From: a virus
Length of the DNA: 64,000 nucleotides
Virus record (IMG/VR): IMGVR_UViG_3300013126_000016
Span: 23,015 to 87,014 of that record
Direction: 5' to 3' (one strand)
The position numbers and the translations under genes are program-made. The notes beneath the pieces are model-generated. The model worked only from the letters and a program-made list of their open reading frames with translations, did no database searches and had not been told where the DNA came from. Shown here in pieces: positions 45,566 through 56,186 of this stretch (positions are counted from its first letter, which is position 1; every line of letters begins with the position of its first letter).

Positions 45566-47701
45566 TTAAAAAGGAGATATGAGAGCTAATTCTGAATAAA
45601 ACCCAGGTTTACCGTCATTAAATCTATGGTTTATAGCTTCTATACGCCATATAGTTGTTGGTTCTTGTGCAAATGTTACGTTATTTATATTATTTGTTTG
45701 TTCTTCAGTAGGTGAGGTTGAAGAATTAGTATTAACACTTGTAGTAGTAGAAGAACCTGTACCTGGTGAGATTTCACAAAGAAAATTAGGGTCAACCAAA
45801 GATTGAGTGGACTCTGTTTTTGTAACAGTAAAATTAGTAGCATCCATAATTTTTTTTATTTCATCAACTTTGGTAGACTCTGCTAGATCTACTTTTAAGT
45901 CATCATCAGTAGAATTATTAGTTAAAGGAGCTCTAGTAGAGAGTTTTTCAGATAAAAATTCACTTAATGATTTAAAAGAAGAGTAGTAATCTTTATATTT
46001 TTTTCTATCTTGATAGCACTGTTCTAGTATTTCACTATGTTTTAAAGTAAATATAGTTTCTTTTTTTGTTTTATCAGCGGGAGACATAGTTTTACTATAA
46101 TTACAACTAGATGTAACGACTTGTATAACTTCAGATGGAGAAAGTGAAGGGTCTCCAACCAAATGTATAGAGCAAGCTCTAACTTCCTTTGACACTCTTT
46201 TAGCGTAGTGTAAGCCAACAGCAATGTAATCTATAGCATTAGAAACAGAATCATCATAGATAGTAAAATAGCTGCAAGGGTAAGAACGGTTTTGTAATCT
46301 AGGAATAACAGATTTAAGAGAGAAAGAAAATTGAGTTGAGTCACTAGTAGGATTAGCATCTAATTTTTTGATATAAATGTTAGATCTAGTAGATAACAAA
46401 GTTTGTTCTTCTCTGTAAACAATTACTTTTTGGCAGGGATGTATTATTTCAGTTTCTTGTCCCTTTCCTTTGTCATCATATAATTGACTAAACCCTGGGG
46501 GTGTAATTCTATTATAATAAGTACGATAGAATCTTTTTTGATCTTCTAGACCTGTATCGTCATTTAACCTAGGAATATAATAAAAATCTCCTGTAACATG
46601 ATGACAGAATACTTCAGTATGAAGAGATTCTTGTAAGGAAAGATGTTTTATATATTCTATAGCTACTCGTTCTACTAAAGTAGGAGGCCTAGATTTCTCA
46701 AATTCACTATCATTGTATGCAGCTCTAGTACTTATAATATTAAAACGAGGAAAGTAGTTTAGTTCTTTATTTTCATTAGTAGTTTTAGTAAGAATATTCT
46801 CTGGTTTATCTAAAGTATAAAAATAATTTGAGGTATACACTGTACCACCAGATTCTACAGTGCTTGTATTACCTATAATACCGTCTAATATTCTGTAACC
46901 GCAATTAGCAATACCACATTTATTAAAAGAATAGTCACCAACAGCTTTTCTAGAGATTGCTAAAATAAGATTTTCTCTAGAAAAATTAGTTTGCTCTGTA
47001 GCTATAGCACGTACTCCTGCACTAAAATCACTACTTAACTCACTTGGGTTAAATGAAGAATAACTGTCTGTAAGGTATTTTAATCTATCACGGCATTCAA
47101 TAGTGACTGATAAACCTTCAGTAGAGCTAGATACTTCAGTTACGATATCAATGCAACCGACAAAAACGCGTAGTAAACGTTTACCTAAAAAATCGCTAGT
47201 AATTTCCTGTCCTATATAATCTATATATCCTAAGTAAACACAAATTTCATCACCTATACCTAAGGGATAAAGAACTCTGCTGTTTTCTAATTGGTTTATA
47301 CCAATTTTACCGTTTCTAATATCGTCTGGTTTATTATTAATAGCATCATCAACTCCTTTATCAATTTCTACTTTTTTAGCTTTATTCTTTATATCTAAAC
47401 TACTATCTATAGGTCTAAAAGGTTCTACAGAAGTTAAAGGTGGTGTAATCATAGCTGGGTCTGGGAGGTTACAGACACATTTAATAAGGCAAGTAGAGGA
47501 AGTCCACATGCGAGTGACATTAACGCGGGATCTAATAACAACCCAATAGCTAGAGGTAGTAGGTATATTGCATAGCATTATATTCCCCAACAAATCTGTT
47601 ACTACACAAACAGGTACTTGTCCATCTTGTTGTTGATGACAGAGATCGCCAAGGGAGGGTTTAGAGGGATCTGGGGGGAATTGCGGTTGTACGTTTAACA
47701 T
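45566..47701 (-). CDS. Baseplate hub protein (gp27/gpD-like)
   Basis: GDEICVYLGY...VFVGCID.V...VTIECRDRLKYL; GDPSL.P...I; WRIEAINHRF...GFYSEL. Confidence 0.8.
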   Translation of the reverse strand: MLNVQPQFPPDPSKPSLGDLCHQQQDGQVPVCVVTDLLGNIMLCNIPTTSSYWVVIRSRVNVTRMWTSSTCLIKCVCNLPDPAMITPPLTSVEPFRPIDSSLDIKNKAKKVEIDKGVDDAINNKPDDIRNGKIGINQLENSRVLYPLGIGDEICVYLGYIDYIGQEITSDFLGKRLLRVFVGCIDIVTEVSSSTEGLSVTIECRDRLKYLTDSYSSFNPSELSSDFSAGVRAIATEQTNFSRENLILAISRKAVGDYSFNKCGIANCGYRILDGIIGNTSTVESGGTVYTSNYFYTLDKPENILTKTTNENKELNYFPRFNIISTRAAYNDSEFEKSRPPTLVERVAIEYIKHLSLQESLHTEVFCHHVTGDFYYIPRLNDDTGLEDQKRFYRTYYNRITPPGFSQLYDDKGKGQETEIIHPCQKVIVYREEQTLLSTRSNIYIKKLDANPTSDSTQFSFSLKSVIPRLQNRSYPCSYFTIYDDSVSNAIDYIAVGLHYAKRVSKEVRACSIHLVGDPSLSPSEVIQVVTSSCNYSKTMSPADKTKKETIFTLKHSEILEQCYQDRKKYKDYYSSFKSLSEFLSEKLSTRAPLTNNSTDDDLKVDLAESTKVDEIKKIMDATNFTVTKTESTQSLVDPNFLCEISPGTGSSTTTSVNTNSSTSPTEEQTNNINNVTFAQEPTTIWRIEAINHRFNDGKPGFYSELALISPF

Positions 47702-47721
47702 AAAAGGAGATATTAAAGAAT

Positions 47722-47745
47722 AAAGGAGGGGAAAAACCCTCCTTT
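47722..47745 (-). terminator. Rho-independent terminator after the tail tube gene
   Basis: AAAGGAGGG-N6-CCCTCCTTT 9-bp stem running into TTTATTCTTT on the - strand. Confidence 0.75.
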
Positions 47746-47772
47746 TACAAGAATACTAGTTTTAAGAAGAAA

Positions 47773-48456
47773 TTAAGAAAACAGGTAATTATTATTTACT
47801 GTAACAGGAGTTACAGCACTAAAACCTGCTAAAGCTGTATCATTACGTCCAGTAACAGTGCCTCTATTAGTGAGTAGATTTCCACCAGCAGTAAATCGTA
47901 TACTTTCACAAAGTCCTTCTAATCTAACTGCCACTACGTTTCTACCAGCCATAGCACCAAGAGTAACAGAATCTATTTTAGCAAAAAGTAACTGATATTT
48001 ACCCTTAGCCATACGTTCATCTGAGGATGTTGATGGTTGTGAAACTGTACCTGTATTTCCGCCAGGGGGGTTAAAGTAAACACCTTGTTTTTCTAATTCA
48101 GGAGCATTCATTTCTACGGTAATGACAAATCTAGGAGTAGGATCAGCTTTAAACTCAGCGCCGACTCTTTCAAAACCAAAGCAATCTTGCAGAAGTCTAA
48201 TATCTAATAACCCACGTTCTAGTACCCAACCGTATTGAAATTCACCATCTAGTAGACGAGGAGTTTTACGACCAAAAGGCATATAAGCTTCTGTAGCGTT
48301 CCTCATGGTTTTCTGGAATGAGGTAAAACCTCCTACCATAACAGGAGTTCCATTAGCCATATCATTCATATATACATTTAGATGAAACCCTTGGATAGGG
48401 TCTAAGGTAGCGTTATTAACGGCTACTCTACTTTTAAGGTCTTTATTAGTAGTCAT
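47773..48456 (-). CDS. Tail tube protein
   Basis: Directly after the sheath; DPIQGFH..V, GGF.S, Y...G, LERG are T4 gp19-like tube motifs. Confidence 0.85.
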   Translation of the reverse strand: MTTNKDLKSRVAVNNATLDPIQGFHLNVYMNDMANGTPVMVGGFTSFQKTMRNATEAYMPFGRKTPRLLDGEFQYGWVLERGLLDIRLLQDCFGFERVGAEFKADPTPRFVITVEMNAPELEKQGVYFNPPGGNTGTVSQPSTSSDERMAKGKYQLLFAKIDSVTLGAMAGRNVVAVRLEGLCESIRFTAGGNLLTNRGTVTGRNDTALAGFSAVTPVTVNNNYLFS

Positions 48457-48471
48457 ATTAAGTTATGAAGT

Positions 48472-51400
48472 TTATAGAGAAGTTTGTAGAGAAAAGTCTT
48501 CAGTGATATCCATAATAGTAGAAACAAACAAACGGTCAGCGGGGAAAGAAGGAGTAAATCTGATACGAATATTAAGACGACCTTCTAATTGATCTCTAAC
48601 AGTGTTGTTAGCTTCGGAGCAGATAGTAGGGTCTAGGTTAGTAAACCAACCATCTCGTAATTTAGAGAACAAGTAAGTATCACAAGCAGAAGAAACTTCA
48701 GATCTTAACTCTGGAGTATTAGGTCTAGAACGAACCCATTGCAGAGCTAAGTATAAATCTGTTTTTACTTGGTCTAGAGTTCTTACAACTGAGCGATATC
48801 GTTTAGCTACGTTGCGGCTGGTAGTTAAACCGTTACAGAAACGGAAGCCACCCATATTAGAGTCAAACATAAGAACTTCGACACCAGCGGAAGACATTCT
48901 ATCTAAATAAGAAGGGCTAGACTGGGTATCAACAGAGTTAACTCCTTGAACTAAGTTATTAGAGAAGGAGGCGGCGGGGGAGAGATTAGGAGATCTAGAA
49001 AGGTCATATCCAACATAAGAGCCAGAGGAGCCTACGCTAGAAACTAGAGTTCCGGTAGCGCTACGCATAATCTGAGTACCTGCTAACAAGACAATACGTT
49101 CACTATTTATTTCATCAGCGAGGAATCGGGCGCGTTCAGGAGTTATGCCAGGGGATAATTCAAAAACAGCAGTACGAAGACCGCTCTCAGCTGTACAGGT
49201 CTCTGTACTTAATTTAGCTACATTAAAAACTTCTTGGAAATCAGGGTCTCCATAAACGATACCAGGTAGAACTAGACAGTTAATATTTAAAGCATCTAAT
49301 TGTTTAATAGCTTTAATCATTCCAGTAGCTAAGGACTTTTTATCAGGATTAGCTAAACTAGTTTCGGAACCATTTTTAAGATAAAAAGAAGAAAATACTG
49401 AATAACCTTGAGCTGAGAATGAAGTATCTCCGTTACCAAAACTTTTACTGTATTTTTCTAGAGGAGGAGCAAGACGTTGAACAGGTAAGGAAAATAGTCT
49501 GTTAGTTGAATCTATAGTAATATTTGACCTTAAAGCCTTTATAACAGGCATAAAAAAGGCTTGAACTAAACTAGTAGAAGAAAAGGCTAAGCTACGTCCA
49601 GTAGTAAAATCTATATTATTACTATCAACATACATCTGATTAGATGAGTCACTAGAAATAGAATTTAAGTTAGTGTCTTTAACAATTATTTGGAAAGAAG
49701 CATACTTTGATTGAGAAGACTGTTTAGTAATAGAGCAATTAATAGAGTTACCGTGGACACCAGGAGTTAAAGCTTGTATTCTCCACAATAATTCTCCATC
49801 TACAGAATATAAATCCCTGTAGGCGTAAGTTGCACCGTTGTAACCTCCTTTAAAGTAGCCAGAAATAGTATTAGAAACCCAATTGAATCCTTTTATGGTA
49901 AAATCATTAGCAGTTCCTACTTGATAGCGTTGCAAGGTAATTCTAATTCTATTAGCTTGTTCTCCGCTGTAAGAACTTGTTAAGGATATTGTAGGAGTAG
50001 AAATAACTGTTGAGTTTAGTGTTAAAAAATCTTCTATATTTGTGTTAGATATAAGAGCTGAAGCAATAGAATCTGATTTAATAGCCAGATCTAGGGTATT
50101 AAAAACAGAACCTAAGTCTTGCCCAGCTGTAAAAGCCCCAGATCCCTCAGTAGTAGAACCTGCTAATAGAGAAGTTTTAGCAAAAGGAATAGCAAAAGAA
50201 CCGTGTTCTGTGAGAGCTAACTGAGTAGAAGACTCTTCGCCTAACCAATACTTTATCCCAAAACTTTCTATTGATAGAGGAAAAGCATCATCACTAGGTT
50301 CATAACTAGGCTTTTTGAAATAACCAAAAGAAAAATAGCGGCCGCCACTGTATTCAGATAATAAGAAAACTCCGTCTAAGGCAACGTTAGAAAACCCATC
50401 ATTATAGAGTTGAGGTATTTTGTATTCGTCATTAGCAACAGAACCACTGAGGCTATCAAATCTATAGCCCATAATATAATGAGCAGTTTTAGGAATAGCT
50501 ATTTGATAGTTCTCAGTATAAGGATAACCTTGTAAAGACGAGTTTGGTCTTACATAAATGTATACTCCATTTTCAGCAGCTACAGAAAGTGTTTCGTTTA
50601 CTGTAATAGTAATTTCGTCTATATTAGTAGTTTCAGTAGGTACGGTAACACCACCTGTAGGAGTGTACTTAACATTATTTATTATAAAATAAACGCTATT
50701 TCTTTGATTAGCGTTTCCTATAATACCTGCTAACTCATCTCTATTATAAACACCTCTAATAGTAATTGTCTTATTAGTAGTATCAGAAGCAATTACAGAA
50801 GGGATAAAATAAACAGGAGTAGAATTAGCTACAAAAGGTAAATCAGTAGCAAACTGAAAAGTAGTAGCTGTACCTATAGTAGCATTTAAATAATCAATAG
50901 AATTAATACTTTCAGAGTATAGTTCATTAAAAGAAACAGGGTCTTGGTTATCTATTTCAACAGAAGTAGTATTAATAAAAGAAACAGTAGAACTATAATT
51001 AGCAGGATCAGAGGATTGAGAATATTCCTTTTCTCCTATAACCAATTTCATATTCTTTAAACGATCAACATGACTTGCAGCAGGAGCATTACCTAAAGGA
51101 GGATAGTTACCATTTGTATCACTATCCGATTTAACATCTTGCATTCTAGAGACAACTAATTGTTTTTTATTAGAACTATTAGTTAACGCTACACCTCTTA
51201 CAGCAAAGGGATGCAGTCTAGACGTTTTGATTAACAAAGCGTCGTGAGTAGGAGAATAGCTGTAAGGTTCTGAACATATAATTAAATCAGAAGTATCTGA
51301 CTCATCTAAAACCTCAGTGCCCGTGGCATTAATGTTTATCAAACAGTAACCAGGAATCAAAAACTTCTTTAAAGTAGAATAATTATTAGCTGTTTTATTA

Positions 51401-52038
51401 ATAAGAGCAATAAAATAACCTTCAACAGGAAGTAGTACGCTTTGGATTTCTAAAGTTAGAGATGAAAGAGGAGTTCCAGAGCTTTGGGAATGAAGTAGAC
51501 GTTCAGAATTAGTTAGATTAGGGCTACCCTGAACAGATTTAGTAACGAAGAAGTTATAGCGGCCGGCTACATTATTGTTGAGAGTAAGATAGTCAGTAAA
51601 AGTTTTTACAGGAGCATAAATAGGGTTAGTAATGATAGCATCGCCTATATAATTTAGGTCTACCTTCAAACCAATAGTTCTGTTACCAGAATCAGGGGGA
51701 GTTAAATCATTACCACTTAAAACCCTACCGATTTTAGGAGCAATATTATCATTACCACTAGTAGAAGATAAAGAAATAGAAGCAGGGTTTGAACTAGCAG
51801 AAGCGCGGCATACAGTAAAGTTACTTAAACCATTAGTAAATGCTTGTTGAGCAAATAAACTTCCAGGGCTAGAATCTAAGCCATAAACACTAGCAAAAGT
51901 TTTTATATCAGTTATATCGGTAGGAATATCAGGTCCTCTATTAAAGATACTTACGATTCCTACTTTATCTCTCCAAGATTTAATAATAGGAGTTGGACCT
52001 ACTATACTGTCAATAAATGTAATATTTGGTCTAGTCAT
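48472..52038 (-). CDS. Contractile tail sheath protein (1188 aa)
   Basis: RGP..PT.I....F...YG; ALTPG.HGN.I; C-terminal SVVRTLD.V, PNTPELR..V, CSEANNT..DQLEGRLNIRIRFTP.FPAD. Confidence 0.92.
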   Translation of the reverse strand: MTRPNITFIDSIVGPTPIIKSWRDKVGIVSIFNRGPDIPTDITDIKTFASVYGLDSSPGSLFAQQAFTNGLSNFTVCRASASSNPASISLSSTSGNDNIAPKIGRVLSGNDLTPPDSGNRTIGLKVDLNYIGDAIITNPIYAPVKTFTDYLTLNNNVAGRYNFFVTKSVQGSPNLTNSERLLHSQSSGTPLSSLTLEIQSVLLPVEGYFIALINKTANNYSTLKKFLIPGYCLININATGTEVLDESDTSDLIICSEPYSYSPTHDALLIKTSRLHPFAVRGVALTNSSNKKQLVVSRMQDVKSDSDTNGNYPPLGNAPAASHVDRLKNMKLVIGEKEYSQSSDPANYSSTVSFINTTSVEIDNQDPVSFNELYSESINSIDYLNATIGTATTFQFATDLPFVANSTPVYFIPSVIASDTTNKTITIRGVYNRDELAGIIGNANQRNSVYFIINNVKYTPTGGVTVPTETTNIDEITITVNETLSVAAENGVYIYVRPNSSLQGYPYTENYQIAIPKTAHYIMGYRFDSLSGSVANDEYKIPQLYNDGFSNVALDGVFLLSEYSGGRYFSFGYFKKPSYEPSDDAFPLSIESFGIKYWLGEESSTQLALTEHGSFAIPFAKTSLLAGSTTEGSGAFTAGQDLGSVFNTLDLAIKSDSIASALISNTNIEDFLTLNSTVISTPTISLTSSYSGEQANRIRITLQRYQVGTANDFTIKGFNWVSNTISGYFKGGYNGATYAYRDLYSVDGELLWRIQALTPGVHGNSINCSITKQSSQSKYASFQIIVKDTNLNSISSDSSNQMYVDSNNIDFTTGRSLAFSSTSLVQAFFMPVIKALRSNITIDSTNRLFSLPVQRLAPPLEKYSKSFGNGDTSFSAQGYSVFSSFYLKNGSETSLANPDKKSLATGMIKAIKQLDALNINCLVLPGIVYGDPDFQEVFNVAKLSTETCTAESGLRTAVFELSPGITPERARFLADEINSERIVLLAGTQIMRSATGTLVSSVGSSGSYVGYDLSRSPNLSPAASFSNNLVQGVNSVDTQSSPSYLDRMSSAGVEVLMFDSNMGGFRFCNGLTTSRNVAKRYRSVVRTLDQVKTDLYLALQWVRSRPNTPELRSEVSSACDTYLFSKLRDGWFTNLDPTICSEANNTVRDQLEGRLNIRIRFTPSFPADRLFVSTIMDITEDFSLQTSL

Positions 52039-52060
52039 AATAAAAAATTAATATAAATAA

Positions 52061-53170
52061 TTAGAAAGTTCCACCATCTATGTTAAAGTTATCTTCTATA
52101 ACTTTTATTTCTTTAGTAATATTTTGCACAACAGGTTTAGTTTTACTAGGTAAAGATAAAGTGTCTATATCGACACTTCCCTGTAAATTTAGATTAAAAG
52201 TAGATGAGTCTTTTTGTTGAAGAGCTTCTGTAGTAAGATTAATCTCATTAATATTAGGGAAAAGAAAAGTATCTTCTGGGAAGGGTTCATATACATCATA
52301 ACTTACTACACAGTATGAAGTATGAAAAATTAGATTTTTAGATTCCCTTATCCAATTAGACGTTGGGTAATCTACAGAAGTAATATGAGGGTTACGAAGA
52401 GCAAAGGGTCGTATATATATTAAAGAACGAATAACTTTAGTTAATAAAGACATCCAAGAGCGGAGTATACGTTCACCAGGTAGAGTAGTAATAGAAATAA
52501 GTGAATTAGAAGAACCTAATTTAGATTCTTTAGTAGTAGGTTGTTCAGTAGTGTGGATGAATTTAGGAGGATTAAGTTTAGTAGTTTGAGGTATAACGTA
52601 ATCTTCAGGAACTAATGAAGGAGTGCGCTCTTCTAACAATTGAGCTAAAGTGCGGGTATTAGGGGAGAGATTGCGGTCTTTGTATTGAAAGGAGTCCGCG
52701 CGGCTAATAGTTAATGGATAAAAATTAGGATAATTACTATCAAGGTTTACTATATCCGCCGCTATTTCTACCGGAAGATTATAAGAAGCATCTTGATAGA
52801 ATAACTGAACTACAAAATTAAAAGTATTTTTAACTGCATAAGAGTTAGAATTAGGTCTACCTAAATATTTATCATCGTACACAACAGATTTATGACTAAG
52901 TCTAGTGCTAAGTTGAGCCGAGGTTTGGTCATAATTATCGTGGAAAGGATAAACAGCAAGAGTAAGACCTGGTTCTACAAGTTCTACCCCACCGAAGTCC
53001 CTAGCACTTGTGATACGTATTGGGTCAATCGGAGTAGATTCTCCTAAGATTACCGGGTAATATATTTCACTATTTTGTATATCTGGATGCTGTAAAATAG
53101 CACATAATAAAGCATTAACTGCTTGATCATGTGTAGGAAATATATTATCTAAGGGAATCTGCTGGGCCAT
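52061..53170 (-). CDS. Probable neck or tail completion protein
   Basis: Position between head genes and sheath; no diagnostic motif. Confidence 0.5.
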   Translation of the reverse strand: MAQQIPLDNIFPTHDQAVNALLCAILQHPDIQNSEIYYPVILGESTPIDPIRITSARDFGGVELVEPGLTLAVYPFHDNYDQTSAQLSTRLSHKSVVYDDKYLGRPNSNSYAVKNTFNFVVQLFYQDASYNLPVEIAADIVNLDSNYPNFYPLTISRADSFQYKDRNLSPNTRTLAQLLEERTPSLVPEDYVIPQTTKLNPPKFIHTTEQPTTKESKLGSSNSLISITTLPGERILRSWMSLLTKVIRSLIYIRPFALRNPHITSVDYPTSNWIRESKNLIFHTSYCVVSYDVYEPFPEDTFLFPNINEINLTTEALQQKDSSTFNLNLQGSVDIDTLSLPSKTKPVVQNITKEIKVIEDNFNIDGGTF

Positions 53171-54801
53171 ATAGAGGGATTATTAAGCTGGTTTACTTGG
53201 TCTTCTATATTTTGTAGTATAGGACTTCTTCTAGGAGTAGAGGAAATAAGTGGAGGTTGAGTATAAGAAGAATTAGTAAGGAGAGCACCTCCCGGAATAG
53301 TCTTGGCAAATACTCTAATAGATTTAGGATTATTACTGTAAGAACTTTGTGCACTCATAAGGTCTCCTGTGGCTATTTCTAGGTCTTCTGGTATCTCTAA
53401 AATATCTAATATTACATAAGTATTAAATCTAGATATAGTCCACGCTACTAGCTCTATAGCAGCCTCTGGTACAGCAAAATCTGTAGGGTCATTTTTAATG
53501 ATAGCCGCCGACATACCTGAATAATTACGAGTAATAGTAATCTCTTTTAAGATAGCCGCCGCTGCTTGTGAATGCCTAGAATTGTCTAACTCTAATTGTT
53601 TACTATTACTAGTAATTCTATTAAACTCTATTTCTGTAAAATCAGTAGTAGGATCTATCTCAGTAGGAGACCAGAACTGCACTCTAATTTTTATTTTAGA
53701 AGTCCCTACAGGAGTAGTTCCTCCAGTTACCCATTTAGCTTTATTTCTAATATACAATACAACTGGTTGCCCAGCATTATCATCTGTAGTGTTAATAGTA
53801 CTAGCTTTATTATTCTTTAAAAGGATAACTAAACCATTAACACTGTTAGTAGTTAAAGAATTAATGTAAGTACCCCATTTAAAAGGGCTTGTGTTAGTAG
53901 ATATGCCGTTATCTTTAAGGTCTACTTTTAAGTTTAAGGAATAGGCTAATACACCTGGCATATTAGTCCTAGGGTAAAAGCTTAGTAAGTGTACTTGGGA
54001 GTAAAACTGATTTGCAAAACCTGAAAGTTGAGGCGCGGCTACTAACCCCTCATTTTCGTAGCGTACGCTTATGCTATTAATAGAATCTGCAAAATCAGAA
54101 ACTATTTGTGCAGCAGTTACTACTGTACCCGCAGCATAGGTTTTAGAAATAATCCAAGTATTTAAAAGGTGGGAAGCGTACCAACTACATTCTAAAGTTT
54201 GAGAAGCAGATAGAGTAATAGAACTAGAATTAAAGATAAAGCCGGAGTCAAAAGTTTCTTCAGATTCAGAAGAAGTAGATTGACTAGCAGACATCTCGTA
54301 GGTAGTACAGATTCTGTCTAAGTCTTTAAGAGCTTGGTCTTCGAGAACTTTAGCATGTTCTGCTTGTTCAGGGACTTGAGCTAGTTGTCCTATTAAAACA
54401 GAAGCGGTTAAAGAAGCAGAAACTCTGCGGATACCATCAGAGAAAAGAGTTTGATTGAGCTGACCAGAAGAATTAGGTCTATCAGGGTCAGCAAACATAA
54501 CTTCGCGGACATGACCTAATCCTTGAAAAAGGAAAGTATTATCTTTTCTTTTAGCAGCGGCTAAGATAAGCGCGATGCGAGGGTCTGCTTCGTTAGTAAT
54601 TATTTTAAATATTTCTAGAGCAGTTCGCCGGCGCAGTAGAACTGACGCACGGCGAACCATTTCAACCATTTTAAATAAAGGCAATCTAGTTATAATTTGC
54701 TCTTCCGTTAAGTTTTCAGCTTGTTCTTCTGTAGTAGAAGGGTCTATACCGCCTGATTGAGGGTAACTAAATCTATCTCTGAAATTTAACGTAACAGCCA
54801 T
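53149..54801 (-). CDS. Probable head-tail connector or neck protein
   Basis: Position; helical N-terminus with ...QALKDLDRI, recalling Mu gp36-like adaptors. Confidence 0.5.
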   Translation of the reverse strand: MAVTLNFRDRFSYPQSGGIDPSTTEEQAENLTEEQIITRLPLFKMVEMVRRASVLLRRRTALEIFKIITNEADPRIALILAAAKRKDNTFLFQGLGHVREVMFADPDRPNSSGQLNQTLFSDGIRRVSASLTASVLIGQLAQVPEQAEHAKVLEDQALKDLDRICTTYEMSASQSTSSESEETFDSGFIFNSSSITLSASQTLECSWYASHLLNTWIISKTYAAGTVVTAAQIVSDFADSINSISVRYENEGLVAAPQLSGFANQFYSQVHLLSFYPRTNMPGVLAYSLNLKVDLKDNGISTNTSPFKWGTYINSLTTNSVNGLVILLKNNKASTINTTDDNAGQPVVLYIRNKAKWVTGGTTPVGTSKIKIRVQFWSPTEIDPTTDFTEIEFNRITSNSKQLELDNSRHSQAAAAILKEITITRNYSGMSAAIIKNDPTDFAVPEAAIELVAWTISRFNTYVILDILEIPEDLEIATGDLMSAQSSYSNNPKSIRVFAKTIPGGALLTNSSYTQPPLISSTPRRSPILQNIEDQVNQLNNPSIWPSRFP

Positions 54802-54802
54802 A

Positions 54803-55309
54803 TTATACCTCTGGAGTTAGAATACGTTTACATTCATTAACAACTGAAGTAAGAGAAGAAAACTTAGATTGAATAAAGTTAACGTAATCTACGGGTATAG
54901 GGTCTAATTGACCCAAAGATTTAACATGGGTAACTAAGTTTTTCCAGTTATAACCTTCAGGTAAAGCAGATTTTAATCTATCTTCAAAAGGGTTGTCTGT
55001 TAATTGGTGAAAAAACTCCGGGTTTTCATCATAAAAAGGAAGTTCTTCTTTTACAGGATTGAAGTTTGGAGTAGAGTAGATATCTTCTCCAGAAGGTGTA
55101 ATTATAGATTCAATAAGAGAGTCACTAACAGAAGAAGAGACTTCAGAATCATCATAAGAAACTATAACAAAAGAAGAAGCATAAGGAGAGTTTTGCATAG
55201 ATTGAGTATCTACATCAGAAAGATGAACAACATCACCACATTCTATCAGTTTAGATACCCCGTTGACTATAAGTCTTTCAGGTTTTACAGCAATAACAAA
55301 GTAACTCAT
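54803..55309 (-). CDS. Hypothetical head-region protein
   Basis: 168-aa ORF in the operon. Confidence 0.65.
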   Translation of the reverse strand: MSYFVIAVKPERLIVNGVSKLIECGDVVHLSDVDTQSMQNSPYASSFVIVSYDDSEVSSSVSDSLIESIITPSGEDIYSTPNFNPVKEELPFYDENPEFFHQLTDNPFEDRLKSALPEGYNWKNLVTHVKSLGQLDPIPVDYVNFIQSKFSSLTSVVNECKRILTPEV

Positions 55310-55322
55310 TTACTTAAAAAAA

Positions 55323-56111
55323 CTAAGGGTTTTTGTTTTGGTTAACTACTACTAATTCTCCGGAAGCCAAAGTAGGAGTAGCTCCGCTGTAAGTTAATAC
55401 CAAAGTAGCTAAATGTAAAGAAGCACAATCACGAATTAAAGATAAAGAATTAGAGTTAGTGTAAGGAGGGTAAACACCACTAACATAAACAAGTTGTTCT
55501 GCTTCATTAACTTTAAAGTTCCCGGCGGCTAACTTAGAAGAGGTTTGATTACCCCAACCACGATTGTTACCTTTTTGAGAAGGAACAATAGGATTCTCAA
55601 AAATAGGATCGGCTAAAGACCAAGCACCGCTAACTCTTTTATAGAATTTAGAAGTTTGTAAATACTCATCCATGTCAAAACACTCAATTGCCCAATCATC
55701 ATTAGCAACTGCATCCCCATTTAATAAAGTCGTTGGTGCAGAACTTCCTTTTATATAGGGTAAAACTCGTCTTGAAGGATTAGCAATTATGTAATAGTAA
55801 TAAGTACCAGCAGAAGTAACAGTAGAACCACCAGAGTGTAAAGTGGTAGTAGGAGTAATAGTTAAAGTAACAGAGGAGCTTAGAGTAGCTAACTGACTAT
55901 CTAAATAAGCTGAACCCACAGCTATTGTTACTGTACTAGCTACAGAAGTAGCAGAACTAGCAGCTGCAATAGTAGCAGAAGGTGTTAGACCAGAATAAAC
56001 AGAAGAATAAGGATAATAGGAAAGACCGACACCTCTAGATTCAGGATATAAGTCTTTTAGAAAACGAAAGCCAGGTGCTACCTGTTGTGGAATTGGAGTT
56101 GAACTAGCCAT
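55323..56111 (-). CDS. Probable capsid decoration or structural protein
   Basis: Immediately after the major capsid gene; Ser/Thr/Ala-rich beta-type sequence. Confidence 0.55.
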   Translation of the reverse strand: MASSTPIPQQVAPGFRFLKDLYPESRGVGLSYYPYSSVYSGLTPSATIAAASSATSVASTVTIAVGSAYLDSQLATLSSSVTLTITPTTTLHSGGSTVTSAGTYYYYIIANPSRRVLPYIKGSSAPTTLLNGDAVANDDWAIECFDMDEYLQTSKFYKRVSGAWSLADPIFENPIVPSQKGNNRGWGNQTSSKLAAGNFKVNEAEQLVYVSGVYPPYTNSNSLSLIRDCASLHLATLVLTYSGATPTLASGELVVVNQNKNP

Positions 56112-56153
56112 AATTTATTTAAATCAATATTTATATAAAGTTTTATAGATACT

Positions 56154-56180
56154 TTACTACAGGCCTTAAGCCTATAGTAA
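56154..56180 (-). terminator. Hairpin just after the major capsid gene
   Basis: TTACTACAGGC-CTTAA-GCCTATAGTAA: 11-bp stem with one G.U pair on the - strand; no strong U-tract. Confidence 0.5.
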
Positions 56181-56186
56181 GTACAA

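Noticed and set aside
35063-52038. Extracellular contractile injection system or tailocin with a giant toxin cargo
   Set aside because: Portal, protease, major capsid, terminase and replication genes are all present, so this is a phage.
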